A stretch of 64,000 nt of DNA from the human T2T-CHM13v2.0 reference genome, Homo sapiens, in assembly GCF_009914755.1 (NCBI RefSeq), contig NC_060934.1, one strand, 5' to 3'. Below are positions 1-15,665 of this stretch, one piece after another. The first letter of the stretch is position 1, and each line of letters starts with the position of its first letter. The position numbers were made by a program, and so were the translations under genes. A model generated the notes under the pieces. The model saw only the letters and a program-made list of their open reading frames with translations, searched no databases and had not been told where the DNA came from.

Positions 1-454
1 ATAATTATCTGTTGAAAATCATTATCTTTGAAGAGTCTTATCTAAGAGGACTACAAAGTCACTGCAATGATTTCTTAAATTTTACTACCATTCGAATATT
101 CACTTATTTCTATAGCAATATCTCCCTGGATAACAGATAATAAGGTTCCCCTTCCAGGTAGCTATGGGAGATAGATATTATACATTAATAATAACCTGCT
201 TTCTCCCCGTATTTACATAACAATAACTCCTAGATCCAGTTCCCTGAATTGTCTGAAATAAGAATCAAAAGCATTTGCTTCCCAGGTATTGAAATGACAT
301 CTAGACACTTTGAAAACCCTGGACTCTATGTATATTTATGTGTTGTTTGCATATTATGTACTTATGGAGATAGCTTTTAATCCTGTGAAGACAAATATCC
401 TTTGCATTTTATTTCTAACTTGTATTATTTACTGTTATTATCTTTAATTTTTGA

Positions 455-794
<340 letters not shown>

Positions 795-1529
795 GAGAAA
801 ACTTTACTCTAAATATAGTAAAGCTTCTTTCATTTCGCTTGTTTCTAATTGTCTTTATATACTGAAGTATAGCTATCTCTTGCATATTAAGTGTAGATGT
901 GACATTTTTAAAGTATTTATTTTTAGATATATAGATGTATTTATACATTCCCTCTGATTCTGATAAGATTCAGAACTACTCTGCTGGCCAAATTTGGGCC
1001 AGGAAATTTGATAGAAAGCAAATATGGTTTTGAAATTAGATATTTCATAGAAAGTATAAAAAACTTATAAGTTGTTTGTAATATTATTACCTCACATTCT
1101 TCTCCCTGTAGAAGAGGCATTTTCAGGATTCAAAATGATATTTTTATCATTGGGTTAAAATGCTCTTACAATTAGGTTAAATTCCCTATAATTTTATTAT
1201 TACATTAAAATGCCCTTATAATTTTAAATTTTGTAATCTCATTTAGTGATTTAGTTTACACTTTTTTCCCTAAACTCATTGTTTACTTCCTAATTTATTT
1301 TACAAGGGTGTGTCTATGCGTTTTATTGCTATATTCCTTGATAAAAATAGCCAATGGCTAAGAATTTCAGTGTAATCATCATCAGTGAAAATGAACTTCA
1401 TTTTGCGTTGGTCTGTGTAGTAACAGCTGAATGTTCACACCAAGCAAATTCAGATTATACCTTTTTGCTTTACTTTTTTTTTCAATCTAATGACAGTTAA
1501 CACTTATTGTCAACAGTTGCGGAAAGAAT

Positions 1530-1755
1530 CTTAGCCTAGGAGTCACAATATTTGGATTACGTTCCCACCCTACAACTTCCTAAATATTTGACCTTGGTTA
1601 CATTAATAACTTCTCTCAACCTCTCTGTCTTCTTTTGTAAAATAACAACAACAATAATACCTTCCTATATGGCTGTTTGTGAAAGTTAGATATATATATT
1701 CCACACAGGGTCTATTACATAAAGTGTTCTATAACTATCAGCTGTATTATTACAT
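1530..1755 (+). mobile_element. MIR SINE, diverged
   Basis: ggagtca...tgaccttgg...acttctct..cctc....tt.tgtaaaat...aataatacct MIR core pattern. Confidence 0.65.
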
Positions 1756-2386
1756 TACTAACATTATGATTTCCCTTTCTTTTTCTTTCTCTTCTTCCTT
1801 TTTTCCTCTTCATCTTCCAAAATATCTCTGTGGAATTTAACTGATTTATCTGCGTATTTATCTGAAAAATAGTTCAAATTATTTTCTGCACCAATTAGGC
1901 AATGCATATAACACTTTGTGAAATATTAAGCTCTATGAAAATCTGGGGTACACATTGTATTAAATATAGTGTATCTGGGATTCTTCACATATTAAATTGT
2001 TTAGAAGTAGTAGCTTTTCATGATTTAACATAAAATACCCTGCAGGAACAATGATGCCTCCCAGCTGATGTAACAGTAGCAGGGAAACTAACATGAGTAT
2101 CAGAATGAATTAGGCATACCTTGGCAATTCTATAAGCAATCAGGCTGAATGATGCTGTTTCTCAGAATATTCGGAAAAAAATTGTATTTCTTAAATTGAG
2201 AATTCTGCCTTCTCGATCTCCAGTATGGAAAGCATAGCTCCATTTTTGCAAATGAGAAAGGATCTTTTTTATTTTCTGAAATGTGTCCCTCATTGCCCTT
2301 CATGTGCATACAGAAGCATAATAAGGTGAATTCTATTTGAGCTCTGCCTTTTCAAAGTGTGGGAGCAGTTTGGAGAGCCAACATAA

Positions 2387-2605
<219 letters not shown>

Positions 2606-2891
2606 TAGTTAGACTTCAGAAGAGAAAGGAAAGCTAGTACGGTTCTGTGATAACTACAACAAACAGTCAGATAGTTGAATATTGTCAATTACAGTTATGC
2701 TGTCTGCATGGACTGATTCCTTTATGGGTGGTACAGATAGCATATAGATATATTTTTGGCTGAACTAGCTGAAATTACCAATGGTCTTTGGTATCATTTA
2801 GCATGAGATGTAGATAGTGGTTCAATATTTATCAGAACAAATTTGACTAAGAGTCACTGATTGATTATTGTATAATTTTAATTTCAGTTAG

Positions 2892-3095
<204 letters not shown>

Positions 3096-3507
3096 TAAAT
3101 ATTAAACAAATATTTAAACAATATTAAACAGTTCACCCTGGTGGTGAAGTGTTTGCAGGCATACCTCTGCACTTATTCATTTCTGTGGTTTACTGCTGGT
3201 TTTACTCTAAAAATAGTATTGCATTAAATTCATATGATTTTAATTTTACCTAGGAGCGTGTTCTCAGTATATGTTGTTTTCTTTCTTAAGATGAAAGGGG
3301 CTCTTTCCCCCCAACCATGGATTATAATTTAATTAAGATTTCTTCCTCTTGTTATGTACTGAGCTCCTTGAGACAAGTTCCCAGTGTTGTGAGAACCACA
3401 GAGTGTGTGCCTCAGTAGATAAGCTCTTGCAAATGGACAGCCACAGTTATTGCGGGAAAGAAAAGCGTCTTATGATAACTCATTAAAATTGACTGTTGAC
3501 TGAGTAG

Positions 3508-3984
<477 letters not shown>

Positions 3985-4129
3985 TGAAAGTGTTGACCTT
4001 GATGAATTCACTTTTGTCTTGCCAATCAAACCGATAACAGTAAGCATAGCTCCAAAGCTGATGAATGTTATGTGTGGTTAATTAGTCAAGCCATCAGTAT
4101 TTTTAAGAGGATTTATTAGATACTAGATA

Positions 4130-4550
4130 CTAGATACCAAATACTAGAGATACAATGATAAATACAACTACAGAGTCCCTGCCCTTGCGGAGCTTACAAT
4201 CTTACTGAAAGACAAATATCTAAATATTTAATAAAGAAAAATGAAATGGTAGCTTTGATAGGAGCGATGAAGAAGAGTGCTGTGACCTTATATAATAGTG
4301 GCATTGGACTTTCTAGACATTGGGACTTAGATCAGATCTAAAAAAATCACAAGTCAAACCATGTATCTAAAAACCCTGAGATGTGGCTGCAAGGCAGATG
4401 GAAAATAGCCAGTGTGGCTGGAGCAAGGAATGAAGGGGAAAGAGGGCCCAAAATATAATAAGGATGAAGGTGTGGGGAAGGCCAGATTCGCAGGCCTTTG
4501 TAGTACATAGTAGTACAATTTGAACCTAGCTCCAGAATTGCCCTCTGCAC
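4130..4550 (-). mobile_element. L2 LINE fragment
   Basis: gatacaatgataaa...gtccctgccctt..ggagcttaca.tct and later aggccagatt..caggccttt, typical of the L2 3' region. Confidence 0.55.
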
Positions 4551-6053
4551 TTAGTGGTACAGTGCGGAAAATAAGTTAGAAGTTAATAGGATTTTTTTTT
4601 TTTTTGAGTTACAAAACCCTGTCAAGAAAAGAAAAAGTTTGCATCTTTCCTTGGACTCAGATTCCTCATCCAGAAATAGCAATGATTTTTAAAATTGAAG
4701 ATAGTTGAATATTATATTTATTTTATAAATTATTTATATTTTATATATGAAAATTATTTTATAAATTATGCAATTTATTAAATTTATTTAATAAGTAAAT
4801 TATTTCTTTTATGTATTAAATTTATGTTCATGAAATACAGATGCTAATTACAGACCAAAGTAGAAATGTAAAATGCTTACTACATCATAGAAAACATTAA
4901 GAAATTTCCATATACATCATCGTAGAGAGTTTTGCCTATGTGTAATCTTTGGTACACATATTATCAAAGGCATATCAAAGTCAGGCCTATTAAACTCAGA
5001 ATTACCATGCATCTCATGAAATTTACACACCAATATTTGAGTGGGTATAATTAAAATGGTGATTTTGACAATGACTATCCTATGAAGTGTAACTTTTCCT
5101 AAGGCCAATTCATTTTTGCAAATTTCGAAAGCCTTTTCATCTTTTCAAGCTCTCTGAATCCCACTCATTAAAAAATGTCAATGTGCTGCTAAAAATAAGC
5201 AAATTGCCCCTCAGACTTCCCTGTGTTCACTTAGTAGGATGTGATAATGCGAGTACAACTATAGTATCAAAATACTTCTTGCGATTATGGATTAGTGAAA
5301 GAATGTCGGTTTCTCACACGGCTTTCCATCAAGGCATATTACTTCATGACACAGTGTACATTACAGATCCACAAATCCATGTTGGATTTCCTGAAATATA
5401 TTGAGAGATGCGGTCTTTTATGGAAAGGTGGAGCTAGGCGTATTCCCTTTGGAAATGAAGTTTGAGTGTGCAGTCAGCACCAAGACAGACAATAGAAAAA
5501 CGTGTTTGCTTTAGCGTCAGTTTTATGTCAGAAACGCAGCAACTTGCCATTCACCTTCTGCCCTACAGCCAAAGACTGACATCTGGAGGGTACCCTGTGT
5601 CCCCCCAAGTTCACATCACAGCTGGTCTTGATTAGTCACAAGTGAGGAAATATCAAAAGAAAGCTCATCTCCCACTTGACATTTACTCACTTGGTTCCCT
5701 TCATTAGGTCTAAGCTCCTCTTCTGTGATTTTCCAAGACAGATGATTTATTCTCGCCTGGCTGCATTTATTCACATACCCTTTTATTTATTGTTTCAGAG
5801 TATTTGTTCACTTTTGGCATCAAGTGTCATTACTAACATGAATAAAGGACAGTTGACATTTATTTAAAAAAAACTAACATGTAAATGAAGCTAAAATGTA
5901 GAACTACTTGTTAATTCTAAAATCTGTCCCCTTCCTCCAAAGACTGTCAAATGCCCATTTTATACCATTTATTCTACAGTGAATATCATTTGAAAAATTG
6001 ACACGTTCCTATATTACCCTAGAAATTTAGATAGAGTTTTCAATTATTGACTA

Positions 6054-6845
<792 letters not shown>

Positions 6846-7294
6846 TAAGACTCTTCCTAAGTCTGAATTGGTCTAGGGACTGAAGCAAGTTGGAAGTTGC
6901 AGCTCAAAGGAGCTACAATCCAGTGAGAAGAAAAGACCCATACTGATGAATCACAGCAAAAAAAGTGGCAAGGCACATACCTAACATTAGGGTAAACAGA
7001 GGTGGAGGAAGTGGTGGGGTGTTTAGAATATGTGGGGAAGATGGTGCAGGCTATGGGGAAGAATAGTAGGGATGAGGCAGTCATTTTAATTTGGGAGAAG
7101 TGGAGTTTGAAAGAGGAGTTTTTATTTAGGTATAGATTCTATGAGCATACATGAAAGAATCTGGATTCGAGAAGGAAGTGGTAATACTGCCATTGAAGGA
7201 TTGTTACCTTGGCACTGATGCGTAGGGACTCTAGGATCTGGGACGGGATGGAACCAAAGACAAGAGATTTTGGGAATGAGGTCAGGAAAACATC

Positions 7295-7606
7295 TACATC
7301 AGGGTGCTTGTTAAAAATGTGGATTTCTGGGCTTCACCCTATATCTAATAAGCTAGTATCTGTTTCAGTGTTTTGCTATGAAGTCAGCAATTTTACCGTG
7401 AGCCCCAGGTGATTCTTAACACATGATTGTTCCCAGCCCTGCCTGTTAGAATCACCAAGGGAGCTTCGAAAAAATCCTGATGCGTGGCTTTACCACTAGG
7501 AGCAATTAAATCAACACCTCTGGAGATGAATTCTGGGCTTCAGTGTTTGTTTGTTTTTTAATGTTCCCTGGTGATTGGAACATTCAGTTGAGGTTGAAAT
7601 CTACTG
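7295..7606. mobile_element. Two MER5-family (hAT-Charlie) MITE fragments
   Basis: gcttgttaaaaatg.ggatttctggg, ccccaggtgattct, ttagaatcacc..ggagctt..aaaaatcctgatg and aggttga.atctactg. Confidence 0.65.
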
Positions 7607-7941
7607 AGCCAGAAGTTTCTCACAGTGAGCCAGGCATGGGGTCTTGATCATGTGCCTGGAGTTATGGTCATAGAAATGGAGAAGAGATGTGCATAAAAAA
7701 TATTTGGAAAAAAGTGTCCAAAGCAATTCCATCTTTAGTTCATAAAATATTATTAATTGATATATCATTTAGAAACAAAAACTCTTTTTTTAAAAAAAAC
7801 ACTTCAGTGTTGGATTTTAAAAATAAAATGGCTTACCTTGGCATGAGCAAAGTATCAACTAGCATTCTTTAAATATTAATAAATAGAATGTGGTTGCATG
7901 TATTTTTGTCCCTAATTATCTTTTGCTTTTATTTCATGTGA

Positions 7942-8391
<450 letters not shown>

Positions 8392-9460
8392 TGAAATGCA
8401 TCTGAATGTCTAAGGAATATGAAAGATCGCTGTATTCTCTAATTAAAAGCAAGTGGAATTTGATCAAAGTTACATTGAGACACATTTATCATTTATTTGA
8501 GGGTGTATCAAAGCTCTTTACATTGTTTCCTCCTTGACTACCCCCAATGATGTAAGATTAGAATTTCTGAAGATGAACATGTGGCCATTGGAAACAGCTG
8601 CAGGTCCTTCCAATTTCAAGTAATTGCTTTACTGAAATGAACAACCTGGAAGTGGAGGGAAGAGTTTTGCACAATCTCTGATATTTTGCAAAGAGCACAG
8701 ACACTGAAATCTGTGATTTTGCTTATTTCATTTTATTTTTATTATTTTATAGGTAAGTAACAGAAATCCAGGCTTTATTCAACAATCAGTTCCTCTGAGG
8801 AAGAGCTAGAGTTTGAATATAGTTCTCCTTACTCCTGGGGGAATATTCTTTACTTCAGATTTCACCTGCTGTTTTCTAAAAGTCAGTCTTATTCTAGCAA
8901 GCTCAAATGCGTATGTGGCTGTTAACAGTTTTGTAAAGGAATTTTATATATTATCTATCTGATTCTCTCAGCAATTTCCTGATTTTGGTAAGCCAGAAGT
9001 CCTTTCAGCCAATTTTGTAGATTCAAAGAAAAAAGCTTGGAGTGCTGACTGTTTATCCCTGGCCAAACAGCTTATGGGCAGCAGAACTGGGATTTGGACC
9101 AGAACTCACAGTTTGTGATTAATGAACATTTATTTACTTTCCAGCATATCATAGAGCCTATAACATGCAGGGGGCTTGAATATTTGTTCTTTCATCCTGT
9201 AGTCAAATTAATCTACACATAATATACTGGAAAAAAACTTCTTACCTGTCCCTGGCTAAACTTTTTTTGCATGTACTCAACTTCTTTAGTTACCCAAATT
9301 TAAAGCACTATATCTATCTAAATGTCTAAATCTAGTTAACAGTTTTGTAACCAAAAACTTAGCTCCAGGCCACCTTTTGAAATCTTCTAAGTCATAGATG
9401 TAGATTGTACAGTGAAGAACACATTGGAATGGGAGATTTGTCCAGATAGATATAAACCGA

Positions 9461-9665
9461 AAGCATGAGAACGAATCCCCCATCTATAGTGTGGCATCGT
9501 TCAGCTCTCCCACAGCGTAAGGTACATGTAAGGATGAGAATGAATCCCCCATTTATAGTGTGGCATCGTTTGGCTCCGCCACAGTGTAAAGTATGTGTAA
9601 GCGTGAGAATGAATCCCCCATCAGTGTGGCATCGTTCTGGTCTCCCACAAACATAAGATACATGT
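9461..9665. repeat. Tandem repeat, three copies of a ~69-bp unit
   Basis: Units start at 9461, 9530 and 9599: aagcatgagaa(c/t)gaatcccccat(c/t)tatagtgtggcatcgtt...cccacag(c/t)gtaaggtacatgt. The third copy has a 3-bp deletion and a 1-bp insertion. Confidence 0.92.
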
Positions 9666-10094
9666 AATCATATGGAATGAAATGGAAAGGAAGTCCTTTG
9701 ACTTTTATGTAATAATGGCTTATCCACTTCAAATTAATTCTTAACGTCTCATTGGGTCAATTATGATTTGCCTCAAGCTAGTATGTAGTGGATAAGCCCT
9801 TCTTATGATATTTACTCAAGGATTGGTTTCCAGGAGAAAATCAACTTTGCAGGGAAGCAGCTTCATAGCCAGATCGACGTGGGACTAACCAAGGAACACT
9901 TTCGTCATGAACCTCAAACATGAAACTTGAGGTTTGAGACCCATGTTGGGTTACAAATGCAGTGTTCTGATTGATTTTTATCTAAGGCTCCTTTTAGTCT
10001 AAAAAAATAATAATAATAAGATTCAGGCCCGAAAAGATGAAATCAGAGATCCTCCATGCTGTGTGGATTTGTCATTCTAGTGAGTAAAAAATGG

Positions 10095-10364
10095 GGCCTG
10101 AAAGGGGGCTCACACCTGTAATCCCAAGACTGGGAGGCCGAGGCGGGAGGATTACTTGAGGTCAGGAGATCAAGACCAGCCTGGGCAACAAGGCAAAACC
10201 TCATCTCTACTAAAAATAGAAAACAATTAGCCAGGCACGCACCTGTAATCCCAGCTACTTGGGAGGGTGAGGCAGGATAATCGCTTGAACCCAGGAGGCT
10301 GAAGTTGCAGTGAGCCGAGATGCGCTACTGTACTCCAGCCTGGGCAACAAAGCATGACTCCTCA

Positions 10365-10399
<35 letters not shown>
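10095..10399 (+). mobile_element. AluS with a ~34-nt poly-A tail
   Basis: gctcacacctgtaatccca...gaggtcaggag...cagtgagccgag...A-tail. Confidence 0.93.
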
Positions 10400-10401
<2 letters not shown>

Positions 10402-10829
10402 TTGGGCAGGGTGAGATGCTGATTTAAGGAACAGGATATTTTTTTCTCCATTAAATGATGGATGGACATAGTTTCTGTTCTACTGAGAAACAGCAGCAAT
10501 AACAACCAGCATTTTAATTAACTGTGATATGGTAGATGGAATTACCAGCAGATAGGAGGTACTCATTCTGTGTTTGCATAAAGAAAAATGCAGGGATTTT
10601 TCACGATCACTCATGTAAAATGAAAGAAATAGGATAGGAACAAATTGTACATGTAAGTATACAGGAACCAGTTTACTTGTTAATGTCAGTTGAAATAATC
10701 AGCCAATGCTTTCATGTGTGCCTTGGTCAGTAAAGGCTCAGGAAATCATTACACATGAAACTTCAGTTCAATCTTTTGATTTTTATTACAAGCTTTATTT
10801 TGTATAACATATAATAAACTAAAAATATT

Positions 10830-12000
10830 GAAAGTTTAGAAACCATCAGCACACAACCGAGGTGATGGAAATATACTTCACCTCCAGTTTCCTGATGCCT
10901 CTTTATAATACATTTCTTTGGCCCCTCATTCCTGGCCCTTAACAACCACCGAACTGCTTTCTGTCACTGGACGGTAATTTATACAGTCAAAAAATGTATA
11001 TAAATAAAATTTTACACTATGCACTTTTTTGTCTGACATTTTATGTTTTTTTCTCTGCATGTTTTACCTCTAGAGTCTGCCTTGTTTCATTTAGTATAAT
11101 TATTTTGAGATTCATTCATGTTATAGTATGTATCCATAATTAATTCGGATAAAGCAAGTTAATTCATTAATGTATTGATTGATATTTAGACTGTTTCTAG
11201 TTTGGGCTATTATGAATACATGTGCTATGAACATTTGTGTTGATATCATTATATGAACACCTACTTTTATCTCTCTTGGGTAAATACCCAGGAGTGCAAT
11301 GGCTGAGTCTTACGGCAGAAGTATGTTTAACTTTTTAAGGGACTCTTAAACTGTTTTTCAAAGTTTACACTATTTTTTTATTCCCATCAGCAGTGTATGA
11401 GAGTTTCAGCTTCTCCACATCCAAGCCAGTGCTTGGCTATTATCAGTCACGCTAATCTTAGCTATTTAAAAATAGATAGTGGCGTCTCGTTTTGGTTTTA
11501 ATTTGCATTGCCCTAAGCATTAATTATGTTGAGCGTATGTGCTTATTTACCAAACAAATGTCTACTTTGAAATGTCTGTTCCAGTCTTTCACCCAAGTTT
11601 TAAATGGGGTTGTTTGTTTTTCATTATTAAATTTTGAGCTTTTAAAATATATTTTTGATGCAAGCCTTTTATCAGATATATGAATTGCAAATATTTTCTC
11701 CCAGCCTGCAGCTTGCCTTTTCAGTCTCTTAATAGATTCTTTTGAAGAGCAGATTCTTTTTTTTAAATTTGATGAGTTCTTCTTATCAATATATTATTTT
11801 ATAAATCATGCTGTGGGGTCATATCAAAGAAAGCTTTGCCTTACTCAGAGTTCCAAATGTTTTCACATCTTCCCTCTCCTCTCCTTTGGGAACTGAGATT
11901 ACACATAAATTCAGTTACTTGAAATTTACTGTCTACTATTGCTCTGTTCATGTTTTTAAAAATTTATTGTCTCTCTATATTTTATTTTGAGAGGTGTCTA
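10830..12000 (-). mobile_element. Old L1M (L1MB/MC/ME-type) 3' fragment
   Basis: ttttgagattcattcatgtt, gctatgaacattt, tttaatttgcatt.ccc and gcaaatattttctccca. Confidence 0.8.
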
Positions 12001-12030
12001 TCTTTTCTTCTTTAATGACTAATGTGCTAT

Positions 12031-12213
12031 CAGCCTACCATGTAGCTGGGACTACAGCCGCATGCTACTATGCCCCGCTAATTTTTGTATTTTTAGTAGA
12101 GATGGGGTTTCACCATATTGGTCAGGCTGGTCTTGAACTCCTGACTTCGTGATCCACCTGCCTCGGCCTCGCAAAATGCTGAGATTACAGGCGTGAGCCA
12201 CTGCGCCCAGCCT
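12031..12213 (-). mobile_element. Alu fragment lacking the 3' part of the right arm and the A-tail
   Basis: Begins abruptly at cagcctaccatgtagctgggactac and runs to gagccactgcgcccagcc. Confidence 0.88.
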
Positions 12214-13259
12214 CCTTTAGTGTATCTTGCATGTCTGTATTTTAGAACATATAGAATACTGTTTCAATAAGCATTTTAATGTTCTTAACTGATAACTCTG
12301 GCATCTTGATTTACTCTGGATCGGTTCTGACTGAGTGATTTTTCTCCTTATTATGAGCCACGTTCTTCTGTCTTTTGTTGTTACTGTTGCGTCTCTGCTA
12401 AATTGTGTCTGGATGTCAGATATGGTGACTTTTATCTTATTGAGTGCTGGAAGTATATATAAATATTCTTGATCTTTGTGTTGGTATGTATTTAAGTTTA
12501 GTTGGAAAGAGTTTGACTCTTTTTGGTCTTGCTTTAAAAATTCATTAGGTGGGATCAGACCAGTTCTCATTTTAGAGCTAATCACTCCCAATTAGTGAGG
12601 CAAGATCCTTCTGGGTATCCCTGGGAATCTTGAGGTGTTTCTGGTTTGGCTGATAAAATAAGCACTATTACTGGACCTTGGTGAGCATGTGTACTGTTAC
12701 TTTTCATCTTATCTGGGTGTTCTTTCCCCAACCATAGGTACTTTTCTCTATGCCTGTCCTAACAATTACTTAGCTATGTACTTTAGGGGGACCCTTTGCA
12801 GAGCTCTGGAGTTCTCTTTCTGTGCAGCTCCTTCTTCTCGGAAACCTTGTCCTGAGAGCTCATGTCAACATGGTTTCTGTGGACTCTCAGCTCTTTCCCC
12901 TCAGCTCAGGGAGAACAATGGGCTCCTCTTGGGCTCTTCTCCTGGAGTACTGGGCTGGAAAACTTTCTCCAGGCATAAATTAGGGCAGTTGATAGGCTCA
13001 CCTTGTTTGAGACTGACTTTACAGCGTCTTGCAAACTTTTGTGGCATACATTTTGGCCATTTTTTTGGTTGTTTCAGGAGGGAGAGAAAGTCTAGTTCTT
13101 GTTACTCCATCATGGTCATTGCAGAAGTCAACCTAACTGATATTTATCAATACAGTCTGTTGCTACACATTGAACTTGCTTAAGATAATTTTCAGATGGC
13201 ACAGAACTTTCTGTCCATTGAATGAGACTCTCTGCTTATTTTGCAAGTGCTCATTTGTA

Positions 13260-14633
13260 TGGAGAAACTTCAGAAAGTTTGTGGAAAATGAAGTTAAAGG
13301 GTAAACATTGAAAATGTGATCTTCGGTTTTCATCTCTAAAGAACTGATGATCCTGGGAACTTAACAATGTCAATGCAGTCTCTTATACATTATTAACTTA
13401 AGAAAAATGGGTGCCCTTTCCACACTTGTTGAGATTGGGAAACAAAAAGAAGTCAGAAGGAGCCAAATCAGAGCTGTAAGGTGGATGCCTGACAATTTCC
13501 CATTGAGACTTTCACAAAATTGCCTTTGCTTGATGAGAGGAATGAGCAGAAACATTGTGGTGTTAGAGGACTCTCTGCTAAAGCTTTCCCAGGTATTTTG
13601 CACTAAAACTTTGGCTAACTTATTCAAAACACTCTCATGATATGCAGATATTATTGTTCTTTGACCTTCCACAAAGTCAACAAGCAAAATGCCTGGAATG
13701 TCCCCAAAAAACTGTTGCCATGACCTTTGCTCTTGAGTGATCCCCTTTTGCTTTGACTGGACCACTTCCACCTTTTGGTAGCCATTGCTTTGATTGTGTT
13801 TTGCCCTCAGGATCATACTGGGAAAGCCATGTTTTATCTTCTGTTACAATTCTTCAAAGAAATCCTTCAGGATCTTGACCCTAGTTCTTTAAAATTTCCA
13901 TTGAGAGCTCTCCTCTTGTCTGCAGCTGATCTGGGCACAACACTTCTGGCACCCATGCAGTGGAAAGTTGGTTCAACTTTAATTTTTTAGTCAGAACTGT
14001 GTAAGCTGAACCAATTAAGATGTCTATGATGTTGGCTATTGTTTGTGCTGTTGATTATCAGTCCTCTTCAATTAGGGCACAAACAAGGTTAATTTTTTTC
14101 CTTGCAAATTGATATGGATGGTCTGTCCCTGTGGACGTCATCTTCCACATCATCTCGTTTCTTCTTTAAAAAAGCTGTCCACTTGTGAACTACTGATTTC
14201 TTTGGTGCATTGTCCCCCCAAACTTCTTGTAAAGCATCAGTGATTTCACCGTTCTTTCACCCAAGCTTCATCATAATCTAATGTTTGTTCTTGCTTCAAT
14301 TTTAGCAGAATTTACATTGCTCTGCTAGGGGCTCTTTTCAAACTAATGTCTACTCCTTCTTACTGTCTCAAACTAGATCCTGTGCAGACGTGCTATAATA
14401 AATTAGTATAAATAATTTAGTATAAATAATAATTAGTATAAACAAATAATTTAGTATAATTAGTATAAATAAATAGTATATTTATTTATATAAATAATTA
14501 GTATAAATACATAATTTAGTATAAATAATAAAACTCATAAATTAGTATGACTTTATTTTGCTGCCAAAATTGAAACCTTTGCATAGTTTTTTTTCATAAT
14601 ATACATTTTCCATGAACTTTTTAAGGCCTCTCA
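13260..14633 (-). mobile_element. HSMAR2 mariner DNA transposon, near full length, transposase inactive
   Basis: Both ~31-bp TIRs are present (13260 tggagaaacttcagaaagtttgtggaaaatg; 14604-14633 cattttccatgaactttttaaggcctctca), with TA at 13258-13259. Minus-strand remnants include WVP, TEDKTW (TGDETW), GILLVDF.EGQRTI.SAY.ESVL.KLAK and YSSDLAPSDF. Confidence 0.93.
14395..14550. repeat. AT-rich minisatellite (~aattagtataaat units) inside HSMAR2
   Basis: Repeated ttagtataaata(a) units are visible directly. Confidence 0.85.
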
Positions 14634-14751
14634 TGTATCCACAGGTAGAGTGCCTTACCTATTCTGACTTCAGTCAATTATTCAAGACCTTTCCTTGTCA
14701 GTGATACATTAGAAAGGTAGAGTATTGAAAAATAAGAGTAGCTTCTGCTGA

Positions 14752-15095
<344 letters not shown>

Positions 15096-15344
15096 TTCTA
15101 CTTCTTTCTTATTATTTTCCTCCTCTCTCATTCCCATATTCTCTCCTTTCTCCTACTTTCCTCCCCACTCCCTGTTTCCTTCCTTTCATCTTTCCTATTT
15201 TCAAGACTTAATATTTCTTGAACCTCAGATGTTATCATAGTGTGTTATTTGTTTAATTTTCACATAACAATAATAGTTTAAATACAAATAATATTTATTT
15301 TCATCCCCATGTTATCAGTATAACAGTAAAGATGTGGAGAGGCC

Positions 15345-15665
<321 letters not shown>

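Noticed and set aside
9461-9665. CRISPR-like repeat-spacer array
   Set aside because: The whole 69-bp unit is homologous between copies with no unique spacers, there are no cas genes, and the context is a primate intron.
13370-13816. 148-aa minus-strand ORF as an active or domesticated transposase
   Set aside because: Only the middle section is in the HSMAR2 frame. The start codon is lost, the second catalytic Asp is mutated next to a stop, and there are frameshifts.
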